In this document: positions 1 to 12,600 of the stretch, in pieces
Numbering within the stretch: the stretch's first letter is position 1
Layout: every line of letters begins with the position of its first letter
Origin: Catajapyx aquilonaris
Taxonomy: Eukaryota
Length of the DNA stretch: 64,000 nucleotides
Reading direction: 5' to 3'
NCBI GenBank assembly: GCA_000934665.2
Contig: KZ538008.1
Location: 1 to 64,000 of the forward strand
Notes under the pieces: model-generated
The model's input: only the letters and a program-made list of their open reading frames with translations
Databases searched by the model: none
Told to the model about the DNA's origin: nothing
Made by a program: the position numbers and the translations under genes

Positions 1-24
1 CTGCAAAAAAAAAAAAAAAAAATC
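1..24 (-). other. dlg1: 3' splice acceptor of the next dlg1 exon (exon itself lies outside the window, expected to begin the PDZ1 region)
   Basis: Minus strand reads gattttttttttttttttttgcag and ends exactly at position 1; pairs with the phase-0 donor at 5590. Confidence 0.75.
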
Positions 25-1051
25 ATAGGCAGGTAGATACTGTATATCCAATCCATCTTGCTCCACCACCGAAAACAACCCCGATTTTGACGCGGTAATC
101 CCGCTAAAAACACCATCGATCTGCTTCCCTAGAAAATCCCTCCAGTCTTTTGAGTTCGACACTTGGAGCAATTTGAGACCATGTGCGGGGATTCCTTTCT
201 GTCACATCCATCCTGACTTAACTGATCCTCCTATATATATATAAAAAAGAAGCGAAATTTCGCCGCCTCCCCTAGATAAACGCAATTTGTGTCCTCCGAT
301 GGTAATCGCCGCCAGCGCCATCTGCAGCCGGAAGGCTTTACGCCCATTCTTTTTACGGGGGCCAAGTTGGTAAACTGACCCAGATGGGGAAAAGGCCGTT
401 CGGAGAGATCCGCAATCCTGGTTTATTCATGGAGACTCAACCTCTGATCGCCTTTTACCTATTTAACAGCGGTCGATTTTCAAACGGGCGGATATTTCAA
501 ACGTGCCTAACTAGCTAGCTAATTAGAAGCAGACCTCATTTTTTAAATAAAAAAACCAGGATAAATATTCCTGAAATATGGATCAACCGTAATGCGGGCA
601 GCCTAAATATAGGCCCCTGTTTAATATTCACGCCGTGCTCCAACTCCGCAGTTAGTTTTATACAATCTGGCAGTGTCCCTGCACTATTACAAAATTTAAG
701 CGCAATGTAAACTCATACTCGTGACGAAACAACTGACATTGCAAAGCCGCAATGGGTTTTGGTGTAAACCGGTCGCTTTAAGAACGCAAAACGCGGCGAT
801 ATTTTTAGACGATAAATTACACCAGTGACCTAATTCTACTCCTCGGGAAACCCGATACAGAGATGGCCAGGATCGATTTTTGATAGACCTACTCGTCCAT
901 AACACCCATAGACTATGAGAAAATAATTACACTCGGCAGCCGGGAAGCGAAAAACGTGACCGATCAGTCCAAGCGCAGACCCAATACCCTGCAATGGTTA
1001 CAAACTGCGACAAATGAGCCTGACTATGTCCCCCGCCTCTCTCTTTTTTTT

Positions 1052-1084
1052 NNNNNNNNNNNNNNNNNNNNNNNNNNNNNNNNN
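1052..1084. other. Assembly gap (33 N)
   Basis: Run of n directly in the sequence; further ambiguous bases at 20667 and 36651-36652 inside poly-C tracts. Confidence 1.
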
Positions 1085-2149
1085 CATTTCCATGAGACAG
1101 TACGTGACAGTCGGACTTCGAACCGGCAGGACGAAGAAAAATCGCGCACTCTCCTTGAACCACGGGGGCCATTTGTCTGAAACCCAAGGTGCATTTCAGA
1201 CGCAACAATGTATCATTGCTCGAGTATATAAAAAGCTGGTGGGGGGGCCATAATAATAGCGCACCTTTAACCTTTCAAAACCACCAGGAAACACCGACCT
1301 TGGCTTTGATCCTACCGTGTATGGAACCAATGCACCTCTGTTGAGCTGCGGATCGCATAATTTACAGGCGCATCATTACCATCCCAAAAGCGGGCCTAAT
1401 CTTACCCACCGAGTTAGTGTGGTTCCTGATAGCGGTGGTAATTCCAGAAAGCCATCTTCCGGGCTCTTAATTACAAGTGACGACTACAAAAGACGCAGCC
1501 TGAGGTCGTCCTCTGTGGGAATGTTGGAGAGTTTCCAGCTAAGTGTCAATCCATTCAGGCTTCTTTTTTCTTTCGGTTTCGCTTTTCGACTACGGTCACC
1601 CCCGTTCAACGTAACTCATAGTTACGAAATATGGGGAGTCATTGCGCAAGCCAGCACGTGCTGGGCCGGTATTTGCCCCGTTTATTACTACCCGTGGGAC
1701 CTGCTGGCCGGGGTGTAACTCCGTCAAAGTGTTATAGGCACTCCTTCACTACCCCGCCCCCAGTACCCGATGTAATTAGCAGGTTGCGGTTTATTACGCC
1801 CGCTGCCATAACGATAATCAACCCCTTTTTTCATACAAAAAAAATCGACTAGCGTGACACATTTTAAACATTTAAACCTCTTAAAATACCTATTAAAATA
1901 CGTATTAGAAAACGCCGCTCAAGTACTATGGGGCTCAAATTCTTTTGGCCACTTTATCCTGGTCTTGAAGCAACCCTTCGCACCAGCCCCACGGTGAGGA
2001 AGTCTGTGTGTGTGAAGTGTAGCTTCAAGACCAGGATAAAGTGGTTAAAAGAATTTGAGCCCCATAGTATACATCAAATTATTGCAAAACCAATATTAAT
2101 GAGCGAGTTTCACTTTTTTAATTCGCCCTCGTGAATACTTGAAAGCCTT

Positions 2150-3010
2150 TCGTGATCGGAGTATAATCCCGTGAAAATCTGGGTCGATTGGCGCAAAGCA
2201 GTATAAAACCCCTTTTGTTCGAAGACGCTTCCGTACAGGTATACACGCGATCACTGCACTGTAGCCGCCCCACGTGCTGCGTCAGCACCTGGTCTATCAA
2301 CACTCCAGCACTTCATCCAGACAAGCGGCCGGCCAATCCAGCAACCGGTCCGAAACTAAAGCGCGGTGGCCACGGGGCCAAACTTTCCGAAGCCTACGGT
2401 TTCAACACCAGGCCTGCTGTGCCGCTGCCAGCCTTCTCTTTTCGCCGGCGAGGATTGTCGCGGCGCAGACTGCGCGCTATTCGATATACCCCCCCGGCCC
2501 TCGCACACCAGCCCCTGCCAGCACCACCACCGCCCCGCCAACACTACCCGTACCAAAAACCAACCCCGCTGTATGCGACTGGCACCTTTCTGCTACAGTT
2601 TCGAAAACAATTATTCACATCTGGGCCATGCCGAAATTACCCAACCGAGGGGACGAAATTACCAACAAATCGCAACTTGAGTCGCCTCCCGGCAAATCCC
2701 TCCTGGGTTTTTCCTCCCGCGGGCTAATTGTCGCGCGGGTTGACACCTATCGACGAAACATGTGCTGGGTCACTAATGGGTTCCCTGACCCGACTTAATG
2801 AAGCAAATCGGCAACGCGGTGTGAGGGGCGGGGCAGGCGCGACTACTGGGCCGGGAATCGATCCACGGGCCCCTCTCTTCGGAGGGTCCCCACCCCTACC
2901 CCCTTTCCCTGCAATTCTGGCCGCAAGACCCTGCACAAGTGCCTGGCTGCATGCAAGATAAACGGGGCAGGGGACCCCACCCACCCGACCAGCCCTCTTC
3001 AAAAATCCGG
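2150..3010 (+). mobile_element. Decayed non-LTR retrotransposon 3' fragment (RNase H-containing LINE)
   Basis: Degenerate motifs in order across frames: QVYTRS (cf. VYTDGS), IIHIWAMPKLPNRGDEITN (cf. IIWxPGHxGxxGNExA), TNGFPDPT (cf. LQTxxFPxP). Boundaries approximate; by-eye similarity only. Confidence 0.45.
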
Positions 3011-5590
3011 AAATGATCGAATGGTTTGTGCCATCCGCCTCCTTGTGTTGCCCCGGCTTTAGGGCAAGCCCACAATATTTGGACCCGGTATTAATATTGA
3101 TGGGGGCAGGTTATTCCATTCAAAGTTTGCATTTTTCAGAGCTCCAGGCCTGCCATGTCGAACCATTCTTTATTTATAATGGCGCGGCCATTATTCATCG
3201 TCTGATGCAGAGGGCGGGAAAGTCCCTAAACTGTCTGTGCGATTTTCCGAGGCGCAAATTAATAAAGATGCGGAACTAACGGGGGCCCTGTAAATAATTT
3301 CCCCCGCTCGCAACTGCCGATGCGAGGAAAATTCAATTACATCCAAATTACGAACTTAATCGGTATCGCGGCGGTTAAACGGCGTGACAGTGCCGCGGGG
3401 GTTGCCGTGGGGGCACACCTCATTTTCATAATTTAAGGCCAGTTTTACGCAAACAGTTTAGGCCGCCGCTTAGTCAAAAAAAAAAAAAAAAATAGCAGCC
3501 TACAATGGGACGCATGCATTTCCAATCACTGTCGATACCTACGCCCAAATTGCACTGCGGTGAGATTCCCGCAAGCCCATCTGCAGGCACAAAAACCCGT
3601 TCTATATATTCTGCCAGCCCCCGCCCCTCCTGAAAAAATAAATTCCTGGCTTCTGCCTGAATGTCACCAGCACATGCGGCGTGCCATGGCAAAACCGCCT
3701 GTAGCCCCTCCGCTTTAACCCGGGTCTTGCCAAGCGTAGCCTCCTAATGAGGCGCCTTCTTCTTGAGCCAGATATGAAACACTGAAGCCGCCACTATTGT
3801 TACTACACGGGCACAACTTCATGATCGTATAACTAGTTTACGGGCGGCGCAGTCCCTTTTGTCCCTCCATAGTCTAGACGCCCCATTAAACCCACGTCAT
3901 GGGCCATCGCACCAGGAAATATGCTCTGGCTGAACTGCGCCATTTTTTACCGAGCGCAGCACAATGGCCAAGAAAGCTGGGAATCTACCCCAAAAAAAAC
4001 CCCGCCTCATTTGTACCAGACAAACACCGCCAGGCTGCAACAGAAAAACAAATGCGTGCGGTGAGACAAATGGTCCCGAGGCATCCTCATGATATTACAC
4101 TCCGAGCCAGCATCCCCATCGCTTAAGAGTGACGTGATTGGAATGGGTGCACCCTCATGTGCACATTATTTACCGGCTCAAGACGGTACACACCGATTAA
4201 CCTGAAGTGGCTGCGAATAGTGTCGGCAATTAACGTGCCTCCAGCCACCCCCTCACTCCGGGCATAAATACGGATTAGGGACCGGAGATAACGTCCCTTT
4301 AATGAGATGAAGCGGAAACGGACGATATTGCATTTTGGCGCCATAATGGGATTCCTCTTAGATGCATTACGACCCCAGGAAGACCCCCGCATTCCCTTGC
4401 CAATTATCGATCAACCCCCCCACCAACGGTGATACACTCCTGGGCACCCCATACATTTCTCTTTTATCTCAGGTCGAACCGGATGTGGCTCACTCCCTGT
4501 GCAAGAGTGGGCGTGGCTCCAATTCGCTAACACGTGGCGTGCAGCACGCGTGCACTCAAAAGGTCCGCATTTTGCCGCGGCTTTTTCGGATTTCGAATCG
4601 ATAAGGCTACGGGGTCCACCAGGTGGCGAGGCACACAAAACGCCATCTCTGGACGCCAGGAGACGACACGCAGGAACTTCAGTGCGGTGGAAACAGATGG
4701 CCCACTCACCAGAGCCTGCGAAATATGCTAATGGAAACAGAGCCATGCACATGCAATCAGGCGAATGCATCTCCACCCCGGCCGCAACCGGTGATTTCAC
4801 GCATCGCGGGTTTGACACTTCGCCACCTAGCATACCCTGAAAAAACCCCGTACCTAAAGGCGTTGTCGAGCCCAGGTCCCTGTGCGGCTCTGTCCATAGT
4901 TAATGAACGGGAAAGATGGATATGGACCGCGATGACAGTTAGAGCTTTTTGCCAGAGGCGAAACTTGGCGCAGACTATGTGGGATTTTGGGCCTCCGCCT
5001 ATGGTGGAATGACTCGATGACGGGACTACCATTTCCGGAATTTAAGGTTTGGTAGCCGGAATGTCTTCTGGCAACAAATTCACGTGTCGGTTGCTCAATT
5101 TATTCACAAGAATTATACCATTGCTCTTACAAAGGGTGCTCACTGTCATATAGCACAGAGCTTCGGAAACTACTGTTGCTGGGGGAAGTAATCCACGAAT
5201 TTTTCTCTATAATATGCTGCGGATTTGGGCAACGATCAACCCAGCATAATATGATACCGGGCCATTTTATATAATTAAAATCGAACACAGGCAATGCGTA
5301 AATTATGTCACGGTATTAGTTACAATCAATCCCTTACATAATCTGCAATTAAAAATTAATTTGTACCATAAATCCAAATATGCCCATAAATTCCCCGATT
5401 TATGAGCCAGAAAATAGATAATTTCGTAATCAAACGTAATTGCTCGTCGTTATCTTATTTACACCGCATCGATCTGGACAAGATAGCATGAGGCCTCTGG
5501 TGGCAGAGACCGCAGGAGCAAACACCACAACTGCTTCGGTATCACCTGCCTGATACCCCTCCACCGCACGCCAAGTTTCCTCCTCCTTAC

Positions 5591-5815
5591 CTTGGGTTGA
5601 GGCTCCCATTCGTGGTCCCGGTCGCGGTCCCGGTCTCGGTCTCGGTCCCAGAGCACGTGCTGCATGGCCGTCTGCTCCACGATGCGCTCGGTGGCCGTGG
5701 GAGTGTACTGCTGGTGGCCATGCTGGCGAGGGACGCCGTCCAGAGCAGATATCTCTTTTAAGATGGGCGGCGATGGCGGGGGTGGCAGTTCCTCCTCCGA
5801 TCGGTAGCGTGTCTT
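5591..5815 (-). CDS. dlg1: dlg1 internal exon, MAGUK N-terminal PEST-like region (75 codons, phase 0-0): KTRYRSEEELPPPPSPPILKE...WDRDRDRDRDRDHEWEPQPK
   Basis: Acceptor gcgtttttttggtttgtattttgcag|AAG and donor CCCAAG|gtaagg; 225 nt; open frame with GC-rich third positions; KTRYRSEEELPP resembles the [12 protein letters not shown] motif of vertebrate DLG1/PSD-95. Confidence 0.88.
5615..5647 (-). repeat. Coding hexamer repeat (GACCGN)5-GAC encoding DRDRDRDRDRD
   Basis: Minus strand GAC CGA GAC CGA GAC CGG GAC CGC GAC CGG GAC; variation confined to the third position of the Arg codon. Confidence 0.95.
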
Positions 5816-8800
5816 CTGCAAAATACAAACCAAAAAAACGCTACAATTCCGTGTCAAAATGTACCGATTTGCATAGCGGCTCGTAACAACTTGGGACACC
5901 TGTTTATGTTGGAACACTGTCATATGCAACCCGTTATAAATTTTCCCGCAGCCCATTGCGCATGGATGCCAAACACAATTTCGGTACATGTCCCACGCCT
6001 GGTTGAACCCGACGCCATTGTCTGATCCTTACATTCGTACATGGCAGCCTTTTCCCGTACATGGGATCCTTCTGGCCCCATGCCTATATACACTTGTATC
6101 GATTTGGGAGCCGGAGCGACATGGTCCTTTTCAGGAGGCTGCGTCAACGGTAACCTGGACGTGGGACATACCGCAACTGGAGACTCCTAACCGCAGAGGT
6201 CCTGCTATATGTTGCTGGATGAATTATTTGCAGGAGTGCACGAAGTAGAGAAAAACAAATATGTGGACACGATGTCAGCTTCTGGCTCAGACGTGGACAA
6301 GATCAAAGCAAAGCCACATGTTACGTGTCAATCTCTGTTGCGTATAATAGTAATTGCACCATAACGTGGCAGGGGGATATCACGGTTAGTTGGAGTATGA
6401 AATGCCAGTGCATATCTGATGGAGATCGGATGAAAACGCGCATAATTTGCTACCATGGAGCTATTTATAAACTGACGCTCATTAATAACGCTCGTTCCAC
6501 TCTTGGCAGTTTTCGTTCAAAATACTGTTGCGCGTGTTAACCGAACAGCTATATTTAAATTATTGATACAACTCTCATGATGTAGCAGCCACTACATTCC
6601 TCTTGCACACCTGCAAGGTTTGTCTCACGCAGCCTAAAATTATTCATATCTCTGTTCATTAACCTCATCCAATTTCCGCTTGTCTGTTATCCAGCTAATA
6701 ACTCAAGAATTTAATACCCTTATCTCTTCCATGACAACCTCCCAAAACTAACACGTATAATCCGAACATTCCCTTTCCATATACATTGCTGAGTGTTATC
6801 GGCTGTGGAATGTCACTTGAGCACGTCAGAACATGTTTCCTACCAATTATATGGACCATAGAAATTTCATGTAATCTGACCAACTCTGTAATTGGCGGAA
6901 AAAAGATACCTGTACATCTAGGTTTGCCGCCTGCCTCCTACAGAGCATAACCAAAATGGGCAAACGGCCGGTTCTGGTTGTAAAACGGGCCCAGTTAGTG
7001 TTAGAAGTGCTAATTCATCCGAATGCAATTTGTGTACAGTGCAATTTACTGAAATTAGGCGAGCAGAGTTGGTCACAAACTTCCGCCTACACGGTCTACT
7101 CCCTGATCCTTGATGCACTGGGAAGGTACACTTGTTGCAGCTTTGGTTGCAGCAGCGGTAGGATACAGTTGGACTTTATTGAATTTCGTACCTGACTCGG
7201 TACACTTGCAACTTGCTTATTGAATTACCTTAACAGCGTGCCCACTGCACCGCCCACTGACAACTGCTGATCTCCCTAACCAAGACCTACATGGGAAAAA
7301 AAACTCAAAAAAAGGGCATCTGCGTACATGGTCATTTCCATGCACCTGACGTTAGTAACCTGATAGTTTGAACGCGGCTGGGAGGAAAATTACGCCTTGC
7401 TATTATGACGCAGTGAATGATATATGATAATGGCTACTTCACGATGAGAGCATATTCCCGCGAGGCAGTGACGGATGACACCGGAACCGTACCGTACACA
7501 TTACAAATGGCCACTGTTATAGATGAGCACACATATGAACGTCTCGAGTTCTATTTACAGCATATACTTAAGAGTGCACTTGCAGTGTGAATGGAGGTCA
7601 CCTCTAAAATCAATTACAAAAGTACTTGCATACCATTTTCTCTCTGAATCAAACAGTATACTGACGTTCCATATACAACTACCTCTCCAGCAGCTCTCCA
7701 GTTATGCGTGACCCTATACCCGATCCAATCCGATCCCCCATGAACAATGCGTCCTTAAAATTCGCCATGGGCCTTCTGAAAAGACAGCTCCATTCTCGGT
7801 ATCACATTCCAGCTCGCTAAACCGGAAGCACGACAAAACTTCGGAGCACCCCTGCATGCATATCCCTATGGCTTGTCCTATAGGGTACAATGCCGTTCCA
7901 ATCCAACAGGTGCTAGGCTTCCAGTCTTGAGCCCCCAGTTTTCTGACACGGACCTATAGGATCCGTTTTTTCCTCCTATTTTTTTCTCTTTCCCTCAGAC
8001 CTGGTCACATCCATAATGCATAGGACGCACCCTGTTGGAAAGTCCCAAGTTGGAGGCGCTTTTCCATTGGTGTGTGCGGCCGGGATCGATTGAAAGCGCC
8101 CACCTTGCCTCCCAGAATGCACAATGGTGGTGCTTCGTTAAGGAAGAAAAGTGGGTACGCCTGTGTCGGAAGTGCCACAGAGGACCACACTTTACGGACC
8201 AGATGCACTTCGGGTGCTTCCTCTTTGCTGCTACACGAGCATGGATTCAAACACCTGACCTCAATAGTTGCAATTAAGCGCTACGTCAATAATAATGAGG
8301 GAAAATTAACCACAATTATTCATGTACAGTAATCAAAGACTGCTGAACTCGCAATAACAAGCCTCGGAAGAGAGAAAAAAATAAATTACTTTCCCAGAAT
8401 CCTCTTGCACACCAAGCAATTTCCACTCAAGTATTTACTTCGTTGAACAAAGTTTCAGTAAGGATCCCGCAGTCTCATTTCATCCCCAGAACTTCCATCC
8501 CTTTAACACCTGCTTTCCAGGAATAAGAAGCTATTTTTCTCTCTCAAAAACCTCGTTAACTCCACTCGCCAACCCAGGATATTTTCTCTCCCTTTTCATT
8601 TCGCCGCTCCTTATAGTTTCCATACGACTTCGTTTTTTTTTTGGTTTACGAACTTGTAAATTCGAGTTGGGCCGACCTTAACAGCCATTTTGGATCCAGC
8701 CAGGGTGGATGTAAAGTCGCCAATAAATTATCCCAGCTGAAAACACAGCCGTCTTGAGCCGGAATAACCCTAGCTGATAACGGAAAAAGAAAGTATTAAA

Positions 8801-9492
8801 CAACCCTCCTGCGTGCAAATATACCACAAACTAATCTTTAAGAGCTGTCTAAATGCAATGTCGCCTGAATCTTGCACGCGAGCCCGACCCAAGGGCGGAG
8901 TTGACCCCGATTTTGTAGCTCGCTATTGAAACAATTAGTTAGCATCGGTAGATGAAGTTCGGTCACGCACCCCATAAGCCCAAAGGTCACATCAACAGGT
9001 ACCATGCACCTGTAGCGTGTGTGACCTATGCTCCCGACATCTGACCTTCACCTTGTCGAATTTATAACATTCTCGGTACTCGAAACTGCCGCAACGCTGC
9101 AGCAATTTTTTGCATATACGTTCCTGTAACGGTGTCCTGAACCAGTTAAACAGGTCCGATTCAATGGGCGAAAGTTATCAAAAGGAGTACTGAACACCTG
9201 GCACACCCCTGTACATCGCACCAAAAATTCGGGTCATATTGGTATGTTCATTTACATACAAGTATTTGGAAGCAAGTCGTGAGACAGACCACGCATCGGC
9301 TTAATTACCAAGTTCCACGTGGATAGATACCCGAGTGAAGTTTCTAGTTTCCGAGTGGAGAGTCAATTTGCGTAGGCTCAGCTCCTAAGTGGTTTACTTT
9401 CGGCGAAAGTCAGCTGTCGGGACAGGGTAATCCATTCTAATTAAGCAGACGAATCGATCCTCGTAGCGTACGGCGACGTTACCCGGACTTAC

Positions 9493-9654
9493 TTTCTTGG
9501 CCTGGCAACATCCGCAAGTTGGGGTGTTGTCAGTGGGCGTAGGCTTAGGGGGTCGTCGTACCCTCCTCTTCTTGTGGTTCGTGCCCGGAACCACGTACCA
9601 GTAGCTGGAGAACCTCCGACGGGAATGTCGCACGATAGACACCCAGTCGATCAT
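9493..9654 (-). CDS. dlg1: dlg1 alternative first coding exon (54 codons, phase 0): MIDWVSIVRHSRRRFSSYWYVVPGTNHKKRRVRRPPKPTPTDNTPTCGCCQAKK
   Basis: ATG in accATGa context, perfect donor AAA|gtaagt, phase 0 matching the 5815 exon. MIDWVSIVRHSRRRFS matches, from memory, the N-terminus of an alternative L27-less Drosophila Dlg1 isoform. Confidence 0.88.
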
Positions 9655-12600
9655 GGTCTAACTCCTGTGACCAGCCGCCAACGCACTGAGGGGCATGCCG
9701 ACCCTCTCCTTCACCCTGCACACACTCGCACAGACGCAGATGGACGGTGAAGGTACGTTAACGTATCTCTGCCGAGCCCGTATGGCAAAAAGACGCCGGC
9801 TTGCAGCATGGCAATGTGGTCCAGCCCGGTGTGCCAGCTGCACCCAACACCTGCCCGCATTTGGGGGCACCCAGCCCCTCCCTGAACGGACAGCTACCGG
9901 GTTTGGTAGAGAGGCGGCGCGGCAGCGGGGCTCGATATCTCCCAGGTACGACCGTGGCCTAATCAACCAAACAATTACACACCCACTTCCGGCATCTGTC
10001 CGGATGCTGAGTATCTACATCCGGTATGTCTGGCATTAGCTAAATATGCAAATCTGAGCGCCTGTCGCCAACATTTCAACGAACGTACCTATTTTAGCCG
10101 TACATGACGGGCTGCTCTGTCCTCACTTCCTAAGGAATCTGGCCAACTAAGGCACAGTCCAATATCAACTAAGGGGAGCACCTAACCCTGGTAGCAAATT
10201 CAATGTCAACCACCGTCGGATTTCTCCCCCCTAGACACAGATTGTTGTGCCAAATCGTTCCCCCAGCCAATTATCAGCTCTTGTCCCGGTCCTGCCCTTG
10301 GGGAAGAGCATCTTTTGTGCGTCCCAGAGCCGGAAATAGGACAGGTTTATTTACCCAGCCCCCCCTTTTGCTATGACGCACACACTTTTTTTTTTCTTTC
10401 TCTCCTATTCCTTATATCCAGCTAACTCCCTAGACAGGCCGGAATCGCATTTTTTAAGACGAAGGTTCATGACACGACTGCCGAAGAAAAATATACATAT
10501 ACTGTATCTGCGTGGTTCAAGTTGCGCGTTGGGGTATTAATTCGCGAGCATCTCGGCGTTACCATATCGATCCCATGCAGATTTCCTTCAAAACGTGCAG
10601 CACATTTTGCGCCGATTGCCACCCGCCAAAAAATGTGTCGATTTATCGAGAGTCTGGTTGACCTCAGGTAAGAGTTCGGGACCTACACCCGGCGCTTCCG
10701 GGTTTTTTAAAAAAAACCCTCAATTGGACCGAATCGTACCCAAATTTCATATTCAGAGCAACGCTTTCGGGCCTAAAAAACAAGCTTACATTCTCCTCCA
10801 AGGGCTGTTTCATGCCATAATGCGGACTACATATCCTCCCCCAAAAGGGAGATTACCGCCTGAGTAAACAAGTTGGCGGTTTTGAAACTTTGTGCAACTC
10901 CATAATTGCGCTTTATGGGCGGCGTCCCCTGCAAAGGGCCATTAGCTCCCCTCTCATTATGACTTCTGCTACAATAAAAATTGGCGCCTATTAGTAGATC
11001 ACATCTACTTACCCCGTCAGTGTTTACTATTACATTCTACACGCCTTTGAAACCTGGCATAGACCCACTTTTTGAATGCTGGCCACCACCCAATATCATA
11101 AACCCACGACTTGAACCGCGCCAAATTCGAAAAATGGCTGACCCCCCCACGTGCCACGCCTAAATGACGTCACAACCCGCACTTATCACTACAGCTCCAT
11201 CACCACTACCAGCCAGCTTCCAAAAGGTGCTAGGTAAGACAGGGGGGTGTGCACATAGAGAAAAACCCCCCCACCTGTAAAGCCGCCCCCGCCAGTGTGC
11301 AACTGCGCGAGAGTCCCACCCAGCCTCCCCCTACAGCTCCCATCCTATCGCCCCAGCGCCGTCGCCATGAAACTCGCTCAACTAATGTACTAGTTGTGGA
11401 CTTTTTTGCCCTCAAACCCACCCAAAAAAATACCCAATCGATACCTTAACTCGGTTACCTCCCTAGCTTTGGACCGCTGTATCAAAACTCGGGCCTAGAA
11501 CGGATTTTAATTAGGGACGCGTATATCCCCCCATAACTGATTTAACACGGCTATGCGCACGCACAGGGTAAGGTCAATAGCTACGAGTCGCTTCGTTGTA
11601 TACGATGAATATGGAGTGGCCAGAAATGCGCTGTTCTAGTCGAGTTCCTACATTTCTATTCGACGTCCCACTTCCAAGTCTAGGAGCCTGCTATTTTCGT
11701 ACTGAGGGAGGGGGGGGGGGGCTCCCTCCTCGACGCCGAGTTGCCAAATTAAATGGCCCAGACGAGCCCGGGTCAAGAAATGATGCCTATTAGGACTAAA
11801 CTGCATCGGAGAGATATGGCTCCCCATTCACTCCGGTTCTCAGATGGCGCCAGGATCACCTTGACGGGAAATTACGGTCTGGGATGGACCTTTTTGCGAA
11901 ATCGCTCCGTGACGGTAATGACATCTACTGATGGCTGCTGCAAGAAAAGTGCAGCGTCACCTCGCTTTCCTTGCTAGAACTAAAATTTGGGAGATATGTC
12001 TGTTACCCTTATCGGGGTATGCGGACTTGACGTGACGTCCTTTCACCACAAATTGCTCGTCTCGGGTATATCTGCGACCAGCACACCATTACGGGCTAGA
12101 TTCGCTAAAACAGATGCATACGACAGTTTTTGCAGCCACCGAAAAAACTGGCGACTTGCTTATTAACGAGAACAACGGTCCAAATTTCACGAGCAAAATC
12201 CGGCTCTACAGGAGCAAAATAGGTGGCACATCGCCATAACACGGTTACTCCACCGAAAACCTACAGCCTTACTGTACATTTGCATAATGGACTATTCAAC
12301 AGGCGCCACCATTGCAAAATCTGACAGCTCTTACTGTGGATGTAGGCCGAAACATATTGTACAGGCCGTAACCCAACTGTAACACAGTTAAGCCGTCAAG
12401 ACCGCACATCCGTGTCATCACTGCGCTTTTTCAGACATCCTGTTGGCACACCGTCTCTGACGTCACCTGGCAAATACGCTCAGTTTATGAACTCGCCCTC
12501 TTACCGCAGGCCTCCCCCTAATAAAAATTCGGCTGCAAAGCCCTTAATGCGCCTCAATACACTGCATACCTCCAGCAATTATGCAAAATCCTCGGCAACA

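Noticed and set aside
1400..1460. Minus-strand ATG (MAFWNYHRYQEPH) upstream of a gtaaga donor as another first exon
   Set aside because: In-frame TAA before the donor.
5430..5828. Alternative open frame over the PEST exon (GPRPRPGPRPGPR)
   Set aside because: Phase incompatible with both upstream phase-0 donors; synonymous pattern of the repeat and the RYR motif favour the KTRYRSEEE frame.
10655..10673. Plus-strand cag|gtaaga as a recursive site
   Set aside because: Antisense to dlg1 and weak pyrimidine tract; treated as background.
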